53,553 nt of DNA, from NCBI GenBank assembly GCA_964606645.1, contig CAZSIZ010000003.1, forward strand, positions 1-53,553, written 5' to 3'. A program made the translations under genes and the position numbers. This document shows positions 20,960 to 31,353 of the stretch, in pieces (position 1 is the stretch's first letter; each line of letters opens with the position of its first letter). The notes beneath the pieces were generated by a model, which saw only the letters and a list, made by a program, of their open reading frames with translations, did not search any database and had not been told where the DNA came from. The stretch comes from an uncultured bacterium (GTDB lineage Bacteria; Hinthialibacterota; Hinthialibacteria; Hinthialibacterales; Hinthialibacteraceae).

Positions 20960-21964
20960 TTATTGGCTGGCTGCATCTCGGATCGCGCGATGCGCCTTCG
21001 CCGCTTCGATCAGAAGCGCTTCCAGTTGGGCGTAATAGTCCTTCCCGTCCATTCCGTTTTTCTGTTTTTTCCACGCGCCGATGGTCTCTAAAACCGACAG
21101 ATAATGCTTGATGAGTTCGGGCGGCGTGTCGGGCGAAAACGAATGTTCTTTCAGAAAGCAATTCGCAGCGTTGTGCCCGTCGCTGCCGGGATCAGATTCG
21201 GATTCATTCAAAACAATCGGCAGGCGGGTTCCCCGTCCATCGCCGTTGTCGTCCATTAGAGCGTGTTCCGTCGCGAGGTTTCCCTCACCGGTATACCATG
21301 CGTCAGTCAGTGAAGCGGCCTGTCCGCAGGCTTCGAGAATGGAAATGCGTCCGTCGCGGTTCGTGTCTGCGCTTCCGTCTTCAAGGCCTTGAAGAAGAAA
21401 TTCCATGAATTCGGGCGCGTTCCGCTCGTTCACATTTTTAACCGCCGTGCAGACGATTCGCCCCGGCACGGAAAGGATGTTGATAAATCCCGCGCTGCTG
21501 GAAGACGTGTCGATGACGGCAGTCCGGCGGGCATTCACGCGGGAAACAAGCCGGTTCAATTCGCCGGCGGTCAGGTCCGGTCCGGGAATCTGGAATTTGG
21601 GTTCATTGCGCAGGGAACTGCCGTGTCCGGTCAGAAAAACGAATAGATCATCTACATCTGTCATTTTTGATTCGAGTTCGTTGAATTCGGAACGAATATG
21701 AAAGAGCGACGTCTCTCGATCGGGCGTCTCGATCGATTCAGACCGTTCCGCCATCCAGCAGACATTTTCCTCAGGATGCCCCAACTTAACAGTCAAAACG
21801 TGTTTCAATCGCGCTCCCCATGAAGTAAATTTTTGTTGATAGTCCTCGATGCCCCCACTCCCGCCGATGATGAGAATGGTTGTTTTCGCCCCTCCCGCGT
21901 TGGGAAGCATCGCGAACAGGATAATAAATAACATCAGGATCGATGAGCGAATTGAAATGATCAT
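20960..21964 (-). CDS. Secreted caspase/legumain-like fold protein, catalytic Cys apparently absent
   Basis: ATGA overlap with upstream stop at 21961-21964; signal peptide; FLTGHGS and IDTSSSSAG. Confidence 0.7.
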   Translation of the reverse strand: MIISIRSSILMLFIILFAMLPNAGGAKTTILIIGGSGGIEDYQQKFTSWGARLKHVLTVKLGHPEENVCWMAERSESIETPDRETSLFHIRSEFNELESKMTDVDDLFVFLTGHGSSLRNEPKFQIPGPDLTAGELNRLVSRVNARRTAVIDTSSSSAGFINILSVPGRIVCTAVKNVNERNAPEFMEFLLQGLEDGSADTNRDGRISILEACGQAASLTDAWYTGEGNLATEHALMDDNGDGRGTRLPIVLNESESDPGSDGHNAANCFLKEHSFSPDTPPELIKHYLSVLETIGAWKKQKNGMDGKDYYAQLEALLIEAAKAHRAIRDAASQ

Positions 21965-24399
21965 GCCAGGCCTCCCCGTCGCCGAATCAGCCATTCCACC
22001 GCCATCAGGAGCGGAAGCAGAAAAAAGAATCCGGGATGATACCATAAATGAATCCGGGCGCGTTCGGATTCCTGAGTGGGAATCCACGGTATTTGACCGA
22101 CGAGCTCGGCCATTCGCTCCAAGGGAACGAACTCGCCTCCAGTCTTCCGGGCGATTGTTTTTAAGCGTTCCGGATTGCTTCGGGGATGCAACCATTCCCG
22201 GCGGTCCGGTTCCACCATCACCGCGTCTTCCAACTCACCAACCGGTTTGCCTTGAGCGTCGGCGGCACGAATCGTAAGCCGGTGCGTGCCTGCTTCGATA
22301 GGAACGAACTCACACGTGTAAAGCCCGGTCTCTTGAATCGATTCATCGACCGGCAACGGAACCGTCTCGCCGGATGGCGCGATAAGCGAGACGCCGGTCT
22401 GAAGACCTTCCATCGCGTTGAACTGCTCATCCCGAACCGTGATACCGAAGCGGATCGGCTGGCTGGTGGGATAAGCATCTTCCTTACCGCGCAACACAAT
22501 CGGTTTTGGTGTATCCATGACCAGACTGCGGATGATTTGACGCCAAATCCGCTCGTGCGCGAAGGGACTCTGCTTGGATTTCATCCGCCAGGGCCACGTT
22601 TCACCAGCGGCCAGAACCGCGCATCGGCCCTGGCCGTATCGTTGAATCGCGAAAAGTGGAAACCCGTCCATTTCGGGATTTCTGCTGCGGGTTCGCGCCC
22701 AAACGGTGGCCCCGGCGCGAGTCAGAGTGAAAGCGTTCAATCCAAACAGCGAGGGCATCATCTCCCAGCGCAAGCGGCTGGTCTCCGGATCGGTGTCAAG
22801 CGGCCATGCGCCGCTTCGTTCGCCGTCAATCGTAGACCGGGTCTGAAAAGGTTCCTGGAGAGTCTCTTCATCGAGTGTTTCTCCGGGAAGCCCCATCTGC
22901 ACGGGAAGCATATTCTCAATTGGCGTCCCTGAGAATCCACCTTCCGTGAACGCCCTTGGCCCGCCCAGAACAAGAAGCGAACCGCCGCGTTTCGAGACGA
23001 ACTCGCGCACCTGATCCAATTGCTCCAGCGTGAAAAAATCCCGCTCGACATCACCGAACACGATCGCATGATAGGAAAACAGGTCTTCCGCCTTGCTGGG
23101 AAACCCATCGGCGAGTTCGGATTCCTTCACCCCAAGCCGCATATAGACCGGCTCGTCGTAACGGCCGTATTTCTCCCGGTCGTTATCGAATCCTTCGAAC
23201 AAGGGATTGGTCATACTGGTCCGCGCCCCGCGATAAACGAACTTCCGTTCGGCGGCGGAGATTCGGATCAGGCTCGACATTTTGAGTTGATCGTCTTCCA
23301 GGAGCGCGCGCCGCACGAATGAATGTTCCCAGTTCGGCCGGCCACTGACATAGAGGATACGGTACTCTTTGGAACGGTTGTCCATAACGAAACGCCGGGA
23401 ATTATTCTCTTTCACCCGGTCGCTGCCGGACCGGGCCGGAACGGGCGCTGAGGCTGAATCCTGTACCGGTTCTTTCTCCTCCAACCGAACCCGCATCGTG
23501 TATTCCGTCCAGCCGGGGCGGCTTGGCGTCACGCGCAGCTGAACGGGAATCGCACTGTCCTTCGTTTCGATTTCAACACGCTTCGTCTCGATCACGCGCG
23601 TGCTTTCGAGCACATCCACAGCCACCTGCTTTCCCGCGAAACCGGTGGCTTGGAGACTGGCGTTGAAGATGATGGGGCTGAGATCAAAGGGCGTCCGTTT
23701 GATGGAAACGTTTTCGATTGAGAGATCGCGCCATTGAGAATCGGTGTCTGTTCCCACCGTATAGACCGGTACACGCGGCGAATCACCGATCGACTGACGA
23801 TCCGGGCGGAGTGGCTGCTGAATCCCATCGGAAAACAAGATAACGGCTGAGAGATGATTCCCTTCCCATTCCTGCACGGTTTCTTGGATCGCGCCGTCGA
23901 TATCGGAAACCGGCTGGTTGAAATCGAGGTTTTCGATGCTGGACAGGCGTTCGATGCCATCTCCGAACCGGTAGGTCACAACTTGAAATTTTTGTCGCAG
24001 ACGCTCCAGGAATTTTTCGGATTCCCGTTGATAGACCTCGATCAAGCGGTCGCCTCTTGATTGGGTATTGCTGCTGAGTATCTTCATGCTGGCTGAATCA
24101 TCGAAGAGAAGAGCCACGGTTCGGTCGCTGGGTTTAATTCGTATACCGGTCAGGCAGGGATCGAATAACAACAATAGAAGAACAAGCACCGAGGCGGTTC
24201 GCAGTGCAAGGGCCATCCAGCGAGATGAAGGTTTGAGCCGATTCAAGCGTGTCCGGTACAGCCAGACAACCGCGATCCCCGCGCAGAGAATCGCTATCAT
24301 GCCGAATTGCGTTCCAAGCGGCGTATTCAACTCGAAAACCAGGTCGGCCAAATCATCCGCCCGGGTTCCCGCTATCCAATGGACAATGGTTTCCCACAT
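21961..24399 (-). CDS. Membrane vWA + glutamine-amidotransferase-like domain protein (MoxR operon)
   Basis: N-terminal TMs, MIDAS DDSAS...FSDG, GGSLLVLGG..AF, GETWPW, C-terminal EWLIRRR; likely start 24399. Confidence 0.85.
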   Translation of the reverse strand: MWETIVHWIAGTRADDLADLVFELNTPLGTQFGMIAILCAGIAVVWLYRTRLNRLKPSSRWMALALRTASVLVLLLLLFDPCLTGIRIKPSDRTVALLFDDSASMKILSSNTQSRGDRLIEVYQRESEKFLERLRQKFQVVTYRFGDGIERLSSIENLDFNQPVSDIDGAIQETVQEWEGNHLSAVILFSDGIQQPLRPDRQSIGDSPRVPVYTVGTDTDSQWRDLSIENVSIKRTPFDLSPIIFNASLQATGFAGKQVAVDVLESTRVIETKRVEIETKDSAIPVQLRVTPSRPGWTEYTMRVRLEEKEPVQDSASAPVPARSGSDRVKENNSRRFVMDNRSKEYRILYVSGRPNWEHSFVRRALLEDDQLKMSSLIRISAAERKFVYRGARTSMTNPLFEGFDNDREKYGRYDEPVYMRLGVKESELADGFPSKAEDLFSYHAIVFGDVERDFFTLEQLDQVREFVSKRGGSLLVLGGPRAFTEGGFSGTPIENMLPVQMGLPGETLDEETLQEPFQTRSTIDGERSGAWPLDTDPETSRLRWEMMPSLFGLNAFTLTRAGATVWARTRSRNPEMDGFPLFAIQRYGQGRCAVLAAGETWPWRMKSKQSPFAHERIWRQIIRSLVMDTPKPIVLRGKEDAYPTSQPIRFGITVRDEQFNAMEGLQTGVSLIAPSGETVPLPVDESIQETGLYTCEFVPIEAGTHRLTIRAADAQGKPVGELEDAVMVEPDRREWLHPRSNPERLKTIARKTGGEFVPLERMAELVGQIPWIPTQESERARIHLWYHPGFFFLLPLLMAVEWLIRRRGGLA

Positions 24400-24509
24400 T
24401 TTAGACTGATATTTAACAATACGTTCGTAATGGCGTATGTAAAATCCCGACAAAGCACGGGATTTTACAAGTCGTAACGCATTCAATCCGACGATACTTT
24501 TGAAAACCG

Positions 24510-27500
24510 CTAACCGTCGTTCTGTTTTCGATCCGCGCCATGATCCGAAAGCGCCTGAAAATAATTCGCAACGTCGTCCTGGTAATTCGATGGAACGTTT
24601 CCCTCGCCGGTAAGGACGAATTCTTTTTGGGATGCCTGGTTTTCAAGGTCCCGTTCGATCCGTTTTACCGCTTCCGCCAGAGGACGGGCGATCCGATCCA
24701 GAAACAAATCGTATTTCGGCGGATTCGGATTATCCCGGTACGCCCGCCGAAATTCGCTGAGACGTTCGCGAACGTTCGTCACATCTCGACGCCCCGGATA
24801 GTCGCCTGGCAGCAGTGATTCGGCGTTTCGCAATGAGTCAGTCCAGTTCGAATAACCGCGATCCATTCGCTGCCGTACGTTCGGGGTATCCCCAGCACCA
24901 CCGCCCATCGGACGGTTGTCGTTCGAGTCACCGGGTGCGCCTCCTTGTCCCCTCTCGCCAGGTGAGTTTTCTTGATTTCTCTCACCGGATCGCTCATCCG
25001 AATTGCCAGGCGCATTGCCGTTCGCTTCGGAATTGGTTTCTTGATCGTTCTGGGTTTGTGTACCCGTATTCCCCTGTCCATCCGTAGATTCGGGATTCAT
25101 CGACTGCAATGTCTCGCGCAGTTCGCTCAGCGCCAACCGCATCCCCTCCAGATCGTTTGAGATCAATGTTTCCGCAACCCGATCCAGGTCTTCCGACGCC
25201 TGACTCATTTTATCGAGAATGCCTTCTTCGTGCTCGACGGCCCGGTCCCAGATTCCATAGTGAATCAGCGGGATGCGGTCTTCCTGGTCGATATCTTCCT
25301 TGATCCCTTTCTGGCTGGTTTGACGCAGCCAGTCACCGAGTTGGCGCGCGGTCAAAGGCTGGCTTTCTCTTGAGCGTTCGGCCAGATCGCCGGCGTCTTC
25401 CAGCAATTCCACCAATCGACCGCTCAGTTCGTTTTTCATGGTACGCAATTCTTTTTTATCATCCTCAGCCGTATCGGAGAGCGAGGTGATGGGTGATTCC
25501 TGTTTTTTACGCACGTCATCGAGCCGGTCGCGAATTGCCCGTTGTTTCTCCATCAATTCGCGCATGGTCTCTTGCAGGGCGCTCATTTTCTCCGCCGCCG
25601 CACCACGCGAATCCTGCTTGAGACGATCCCCGGCCTGATTGAGCGCGGAAAGCGCCCGTGCGCTGGAAGTCCGTGCCCGCTGCAATTGGTTTTGATCCAT
25701 TTGTTCCAGGCTACGGTTCATCTGCTGCCGCACGTTTTGCAGATCGCGCAACGCCTGCTGAATTTGCGGATTACGCATATCGCCCGTTGCCAGATCGCGC
25801 TCCAATTCGTCCAGACGGTTCAAGTTTTTCCGTTCTTCTTCCTGTAATCGTTCGAGTCTTCGTTTTTCTTCTTCCGCCTGAAGTTGAGAATTCTTTTTCT
25901 GTTCGGAGATCAGTTGAGCAATATCGTCCTGGACAGTTTTTTGACGCTGAGCCAGTTCGTTGATTTTGTTCAGCGCCTCGCCGGTTTCTTCGAGTTGCTG
26001 CTGCGTTTGACGTTCTTCTTCGTAAAAGTTCCGCCTTCGCGATAATTCCAGTTGATCGAAATCCTGCCATTCCTGCTGATTGCCGCTGCTCCCTTGCCCT
26101 GCTTGCTGCTGCCGAACTTGGCTCTCCCTGGGCCGCATCCGCAGAATCGACTGGTAAGCGTTCTGTTCGTGAACCGCCGCCTGGGACAATGGCCCGGCCG
26201 GTTCGGGCCACACGGCTTCTCGCAAAGCGTCCACAGCCTGATTCATGGCAAGAAGCAAACGGGGAAGTTCGATCGAGGCTTCAGGACCTTGAGCAGCGTC
26301 CCCGGTTGAGAATTTCTCGACCAAGCCGCGCTGCGCTTCTTCCAGCGCGGCCCGTTTCTCTTCGTATTCATCTTCACTCATGCCGTTGGAATCGCGCCGC
26401 AAGTTCCACGTCGCAATCAGAATTTGCTTTTGGCTGGCCGCATCCGAACGCTCCCCACCCTGTTGACCGGAATTATTTTGCTGTTGCCCCCCTTGGTTGG
26501 AGACGGCTTCCTGAAAGAAGCGGCGGAACGGGCGGACTTCCAGAAAATACGGATCGCCCAGAATTTCAAAATCATCCCGGTCCGGCTTGGCGTCTTCGGC
26601 CCAGATGGTCCATGCGATCAGATCGTTCTCTTCGAGGTCCAGCGTTTCGAGCGCTAGCAGCCAATTCGTCGTCGCTTCTTTAATCGCATGACCACCCGAA
26701 TAGAGCGGAACGCGAACCGTCTCCTCACCGGCAGCCTGATACTGAATACCATACGACGTAATACCGAAATCGTCGGTAACTTGAAACTCGAAGGGCACTT
26801 CAGCCAGGAGATTGACTTCGTAATCCCGGTTAGGGAATAAGAGTTTCGCTTCCGGCGGTTCATCCGTCTGCACTTGGATGCTGTACTGAGGATTGTATTC
26901 CGCGCTTTCACCCTCCAGGTCTTGAATGTGGATGGAGTAAGTATCGTTGCGGGTAACAGTCAGTTCTCCCCGCCACAGCGAGTCGGACCTTTCCTGCAGA
27001 GCGATCCGTTCACCGCTTTCCAGAATAATTTCCGCTTTTTGTAGTTTCTTATTCGAGCGCACCGCGATTTCGATCCGCGTGCCCTCCAGCGCGGTGATTT
27101 CCCCGCCGTTGGGCACTTCTCTGACATCCATTCCAAGATACGGCGGGTAATGATAGATCAAATCGATCGCCTCAATGTGCGGGGGGAGCCACACGGACAG
27201 CGTGTAACTGTCCGACCGGGTAGTTCCGGCTAGAACCTGGTATTGAATGCTGTTTTGCAGGTTCGTGAATGAGTGGTAGTAGACCTGGCTGGACAAACTG
27301 GGTTCCATCGGTTTCGTTTGCCACGCGCCGTCTCCTTCACGATAACGGATCGAAGCGCTCACGCCATCCGCAACGTTTTTCGCCATCACGATTTGGTTAT
27401 CTCCGCGCCTTAAACGGACCGATCCCGGCTCAACGGTGAAGGAAGGGATAAGACCGGTGATTCCCTTGTACGAATCGAAGAACAGGGATGAACCGGGCAT

Positions 27501-28022
27501 CCAGAACGTGTAACATCCGAGGATGACGGCCAGCGCAATCGCAAAAATTGCGGTGGACGCCAGAAACAATTTGACGATCTGATCCGTATCCAGCAATTCG
27601 GAAAACGAAAATTGACGGGTTAACGATTCCGTCTCTTCGAAGAATTGTTCCAGCATCCACTGCGAGCAAGTGGTGTTCCGGTTTTCCCGGAAATCCATCG
27701 CGCTCACCAATCGGTTGTCCAATTCGGGATGCTTTTCTTCCATGTAAAGCGCGATCTGCTGCAAGGTCACCGACCGTTTCAACGGGCAGTAAACGCAACG
27801 CCACCATGCGACGGATTCCGCAAGAACGAACGAGACGATAAGCCATCCGCGAGACAGACCCAACGCCTGAAAAAGAAACAATAAAAGCGAAAACAGAAAA
27901 ACGAATCCCAGTGTCACCAAGCCGAAACGAACCCAAATCCGCAACGATTGGACACACGAGTACTGATTCGCCACTTGGCGTATTTTGGCGTTTAATTTCG
28001 GTGAGCGGTATTCGCGTGGCAT
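24510..28022 (-). CDS. DUF4175-like membrane protein with Ig-like domains and long Gln-rich coiled coil
   Basis: HPELDNRLVSA, Y.YP.YLG, DDFGI, VP..Y...V..YF..L; start 28022 after AAAGGAG. Confidence 0.82.
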   Translation of the reverse strand: MPREYRSPKLNAKIRQVANQYSCVQSLRIWVRFGLVTLGFVFLFSLLLFLFQALGLSRGWLIVSFVLAESVAWWRCVYCPLKRSVTLQQIALYMEEKHPELDNRLVSAMDFRENRNTTCSQWMLEQFFEETESLTRQFSFSELLDTDQIVKLFLASTAIFAIALAVILGCYTFWMPGSSLFFDSYKGITGLIPSFTVEPGSVRLRRGDNQIVMAKNVADGVSASIRYREGDGAWQTKPMEPSLSSQVYYHSFTNLQNSIQYQVLAGTTRSDSYTLSVWLPPHIEAIDLIYHYPPYLGMDVREVPNGGEITALEGTRIEIAVRSNKKLQKAEIILESGERIALQERSDSLWRGELTVTRNDTYSIHIQDLEGESAEYNPQYSIQVQTDEPPEAKLLFPNRDYEVNLLAEVPFEFQVTDDFGITSYGIQYQAAGEETVRVPLYSGGHAIKEATTNWLLALETLDLEENDLIAWTIWAEDAKPDRDDFEILGDPYFLEVRPFRRFFQEAVSNQGGQQQNNSGQQGGERSDAASQKQILIATWNLRRDSNGMSEDEYEEKRAALEEAQRGLVEKFSTGDAAQGPEASIELPRLLLAMNQAVDALREAVWPEPAGPLSQAAVHEQNAYQSILRMRPRESQVRQQQAGQGSSGNQQEWQDFDQLELSRRRNFYEEERQTQQQLEETGEALNKINELAQRQKTVQDDIAQLISEQKKNSQLQAEEEKRRLERLQEEERKNLNRLDELERDLATGDMRNPQIQQALRDLQNVRQQMNRSLEQMDQNQLQRARTSSARALSALNQAGDRLKQDSRGAAAEKMSALQETMRELMEKQRAIRDRLDDVRKKQESPITSLSDTAEDDKKELRTMKNELSGRLVELLEDAGDLAERSRESQPLTARQLGDWLRQTSQKGIKEDIDQEDRIPLIHYGIWDRAVEHEEGILDKMSQASEDLDRVAETLISNDLEGMRLALSELRETLQSMNPESTDGQGNTGTQTQNDQETNSEANGNAPGNSDERSGERNQENSPGERGQGGAPGDSNDNRPMGGGAGDTPNVRQRMDRGYSNWTDSLRNAESLLPGDYPGRRDVTNVRERLSEFRRAYRDNPNPPKYDLFLDRIARPLAEAVKRIERDLENQASQKEFVLTGEGNVPSNYQDDVANYFQALSDHGADRKQNDG

Positions 28023-28051
28023 GGTGTTCGCTCCTTTCTCTGCGTTTTCGG

Positions 28052-30196
28052 TCAGGCTTCCCGTCTCCGTGAAAGCGACGATGCGTACCAAATTTCAACG
28101 GCAAATAGCAACGTCAACAACCCGATGACGAAGCGGCCGTATTCACGAACGAGTGCCGATTCGGTGTTGGGTGAAAGAGGCTGACGAATCGGCGATTCTC
28201 CCACAGCGGCAAGTGTTGAATGGAATTTCCATCGAAATTCGTCGAGCGGAATTCGCGCTGGATTCGATTCCTCCGTTCGGATGTTGACTGCTTCGATGAA
28301 GGTTCGCTGTGCCGGATCGGCGCTTTGCCACTGGAGAAAACCGGCATGTTCCAAGCGCATCGTATCCGGCTCGAAAGGCGTCAACGCCGTTTCCCCCGGC
28401 CGCTGAATGAGCCAATGGCCGTCGCTTCGACTTGTGATTGCGGGAGGAATCAGTCGGTCCCCGGTTTTTCGTTCCTCGATGATTGTCCCGCTTCCTCCGA
28501 GATAAGCCAGCGTTTCAAAAACGAGTGGGAGAAATTTGGGATTCTTCGGCAGATCGCTCCAATCCAAATTCGGCGTAAACGCCCAGACGATCGCCCTCCC
28601 CTGATGATAGCGAATGTCGAGAATGGCGGGTGCGCCCTCATCCAGGGATTCCTCCTCAAACCGTGCAAGTGTTTTTACATTCAAATTGGGATCATCCGGT
28701 CCATTCGATATCGACTCCAGCCGGATGTAATTGAAAAAACGAATCGTGGAAAAATCATTATACTGCGCACCCTGAAATGGAAGAAAAACCGGATGCTCGA
28801 AATCAATCCAGGACAACAAGTTGAATTGATTTTCTACCCTGGCGGTATATCGGAGATCCCCTGCATGGAATCCCAACGGTTCAAACAAAGCGGTATCGAC
28901 AGAGGGCGTAATCGTCGATTCGTTCAACGCCAGAACGGCGTTCCCTCCCTGACGTATGTAGGAGATTAGGGCCTCTGACAGTGAGGGCGAAAGCGTTTGA
29001 CAGTCACAGAGAATCAGAATATCGGGCGGCCCCTCAGCCGATTGAAGCGTTTGCACTAAATCACCTGAACCGATTCGCCGAACGGTCAACAGACGCTTGG
29101 AGGCCGACTGGATCGCCTGAGTAAGAAACCACGTAGCGGGCCATCGTTCACCAGGCGGCGCATCCGAAACGATAATCACCTGTTTTTTGCGGGGAGAAGT
29201 CCAAGTGAAATAGCGCCGGTTATCAATCTGCAAATCATCGTCATCCAGCTGCAACCACCCTTGAATCGATTGCCCCGTTGTGTGGGGGATTTGAAATGAA
29301 ATCTGCGATGCGTTCCCCGGTTTAACGCTCAGAGTCCGAGCCGCCGTATCCTGCCCATCGATATGAAGCGTAACGTTTCGGGAACGTGTGGAATCCAGCG
29401 ATTCGTTGCGGATTTTCGCCCTCAGCCGAACGACGCCGTTTTTCTCGGAACGGATGTTCGACTCGACAATGGCGTAGTTATCGGTTGCTTCGGTTTCCAC
29501 ATCCACAAGATCGAGTTCAATCCGTGAAGGCAGTTTCCATCCAGTATGCGACGAAGGCATCCCCGCTTGCTGAAAGTCGGAGACAAGATGAATCACTTGT
29601 TGAACGGTTTCGCGCCCGCCTTTGTCATAAGCGGCCAACATCGCCTGCGCTTTCTGTAAAACCGGCAGGTACGCGGTCCCCTCTTCGGTGAGATTCGCGT
29701 TTTGGATGGCTTCACGCGCGCGGCTTTGGCTGCCCGCTTGAGAATCATCAGCACTCCATAGAGGAGCCAGGATCGTTGCTTGCTGCGAAAATCCAATGAC
29801 CCCAACCTTGTCGCCGGATCGAACGTCGTCCAGAATGCGCAACGCCTGGTCCTTCGCGTTCTCAAAACGCCCGGCCGTGCCCATGCTGTACGACGTGTCG
29901 AGAAGAATTAAATGCAGGGCCGATCCTTCGGGGATATCGGGCTGAATGGCCGAAAGCCAGGCGGGGCGCGTGAACGCAAGCGCGATGAGCAGCAAAACCA
30001 GCATTCGAAGCAGCATCAGCAAGATGTGCTGAATGCGCCGCCGCTCGATCACTTCCCGCTTGATGTCCGGCACGAACATCAGGCTGCTGAAATCGACCGG
30101 CTCACGTTCGGGCCGCCGGATTTGATGGAGAATCCAGGGAACGGCAAGCAGGGAAAGGCCGCCAAGAAATAATGGAGCGAGTAAAGAGAATCCCAT
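28052..30196 (-). CDS. BatA (N-terminal double TM) + vWA domain protein
   Basis: P.ILH......FSSLMF, LR.L...LA..RP, MIDAS DTSYS, DN.RYF; TGATG overlap with the DUF58 stop. Confidence 0.88.
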   Translation of the reverse strand: MGFSLLAPLFLGGLSLLAVPWILHQIRRPEREPVDFSSLMFVPDIKREVIERRRIQHILLMLLRMLVLLLIALAFTRPAWLSAIQPDIPEGSALHLILLDTSYSMGTAGRFENAKDQALRILDDVRSGDKVGVIGFSQQATILAPLWSADDSQAGSQSRAREAIQNANLTEEGTAYLPVLQKAQAMLAAYDKGGRETVQQVIHLVSDFQQAGMPSSHTGWKLPSRIELDLVDVETEATDNYAIVESNIRSEKNGVVRLRAKIRNESLDSTRSRNVTLHIDGQDTAARTLSVKPGNASQISFQIPHTTGQSIQGWLQLDDDDLQIDNRRYFTWTSPRKKQVIIVSDAPPGERWPATWFLTQAIQSASKRLLTVRRIGSGDLVQTLQSAEGPPDILILCDCQTLSPSLSEALISYIRQGGNAVLALNESTITPSVDTALFEPLGFHAGDLRYTARVENQFNLLSWIDFEHPVFLPFQGAQYNDFSTIRFFNYIRLESISNGPDDPNLNVKTLARFEEESLDEGAPAILDIRYHQGRAIVWAFTPNLDWSDLPKNPKFLPLVFETLAYLGGSGTIIEERKTGDRLIPPAITSRSDGHWLIQRPGETALTPFEPDTMRLEHAGFLQWQSADPAQRTFIEAVNIRTEESNPARIPLDEFRWKFHSTLAAVGESPIRQPLSPNTESALVREYGRFVIGLLTLLFAVEIWYASSLSRRREA

Positions 30197-31134
30197 CACC
30201 ACCCTCCGTCGGATGGCCGATTACGTTTCGTCCCGGCTGCGCGCAGCATCCGGTTTCGGTGCTGGATAAAGAGATGCAGCGCCCGGTCCAAAGGTTCGTT
30301 CGTCACGAACTCGCCATAGTCGATATCCGCCGTCAGACAGGTTTGACGAATGGCGGAAAAATGGTTGTCGCGGTTTTCCAGATATTGTTTCCGGACCGCG
30401 TCCGGCGTGACGTATTGTTCCCGCGAATCTTCCAAATCCACCAGGGTCACGGTGCGGTCGAACGGAAATGTCTGTTCCGCGATATCGCTGATCTGCATGA
30501 CCAGCACATCCTGTTTTCGGGCGCGCACGAGTTTCAAGCGCTCGGCGATCCCTTCGGCGGGGTGCAGCAGATCGGAAATCAACACGACCAATCCCCGTGG
30601 TTTCAAGAGATCGCCCAGATCGTGCAGCGCTTTGTTTAAGTCCGTTTGTCTCTCCGCCTTCAGATTGGCGAGTTCAACCATGAGTCGTCGAAAGTGGCTG
30701 GGAGTGTTCCGTGGGGGGATATAAACATAGCGGTCCTCGTGGAATCCCAGCAGTCCCACGGCGTCTTTTTGCTGTGCGAGAATCGTTGCCAGGCAGGCGG
30801 TCAGCATCCGGGCATACGTAAATTTCGGCACTTCACCGGATGCGTAATTCATCGACGCGCTGCAATCCAGCAGTAGCAAACACCGCAGATTGGTTTCGTC
30901 TTGAAACTGCTTGACGTGAAGCCGGTCGGTGCGGGCGTAGAGCGGCCAGTCGATAAATCGGGGGTCGTCGCTTTGGGCGTAGGGGCGGTATTGGGCGAAC
31001 TCGACGGACGATCCGAAAAAGGGACTTCGATGCAGCCCGGTCATGAATCCGCGAACCACGGACCGGGCCAACAACTGCAAATCCGCAATACGGATCAGTT
31101 GAGCCGGATCAAGCCCTTGCAACGCATTCTGCAT
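30196..31134 (-). CDS. DUF58 family protein
   Basis: G.H.S...G.S.EF..YRPY...DD.R.IDW, LLDCSASM, LISDL. Confidence 0.92.
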   Translation of the reverse strand: MQNALQGLDPAQLIRIADLQLLARSVVRGFMTGLHRSPFFGSSVEFAQYRPYAQSDDPRFIDWPLYARTDRLHVKQFQDETNLRCLLLLDCSASMNYASGEVPKFTYARMLTACLATILAQQKDAVGLLGFHEDRYVYIPPRNTPSHFRRLMVELANLKAERQTDLNKALHDLGDLLKPRGLVVLISDLLHPAEGIAERLKLVRARKQDVLVMQISDIAEQTFPFDRTVTLVDLEDSREQYVTPDAVRKQYLENRDNHFSAIRQTCLTADIDYGEFVTNEPLDRALHLFIQHRNRMLRAAGTKRNRPSDGGW

Positions 31135-31148
31135 AACTCACCGCCAAG

Positions 31149-31173
31149 CAGTTTTCAGTTTTCAGTTATTAGT
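31149..31173. repeat. Heptamer tandem repeat CAGTTTT/CAGTTAT
   Basis: CAGTTTT CAGTTTT CAGTTAT TAGT visible just upstream of DUF58. Confidence 0.7.
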
Positions 31174-31230
31174 CCCTTATCAGTCAAATTGAACGCAAAA
31201 CGGTCGCAAAATCAATAATCCGCGACTAAT

Positions 31231-31265
31231 CCCCTCTCCCTCTGGGAGAGGGTTAGGGTGAGGGT
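31231..31265. repeat. BoxC-like palindromic intergenic repeat
   Basis: CCCTCTCCC-tct-GGGAGAGGG-TTAGGGTGAGGG matches the widespread CCCTCACCCTAACCCTCTCCC...GGGAGAGGG family. Confidence 0.8.
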
Positions 31266-31353
31266 AAAAATGCAAAAGCGTATCGATTTCACAATAACTT
31301 TTTTAGACCAATAGACCCTAAACTCTGTTTTAACCAATTTTACAGATAAGGCC

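Noticed and set aside
21965-22195. Long N-terminal extensions in the ORF track (also 13361-13474, 28023-28091, 38317-38379, 53483-53500)
   Set aside because: They overlap upstream genes or lack an RBS; downstream starts give proper coupling or signal peptides
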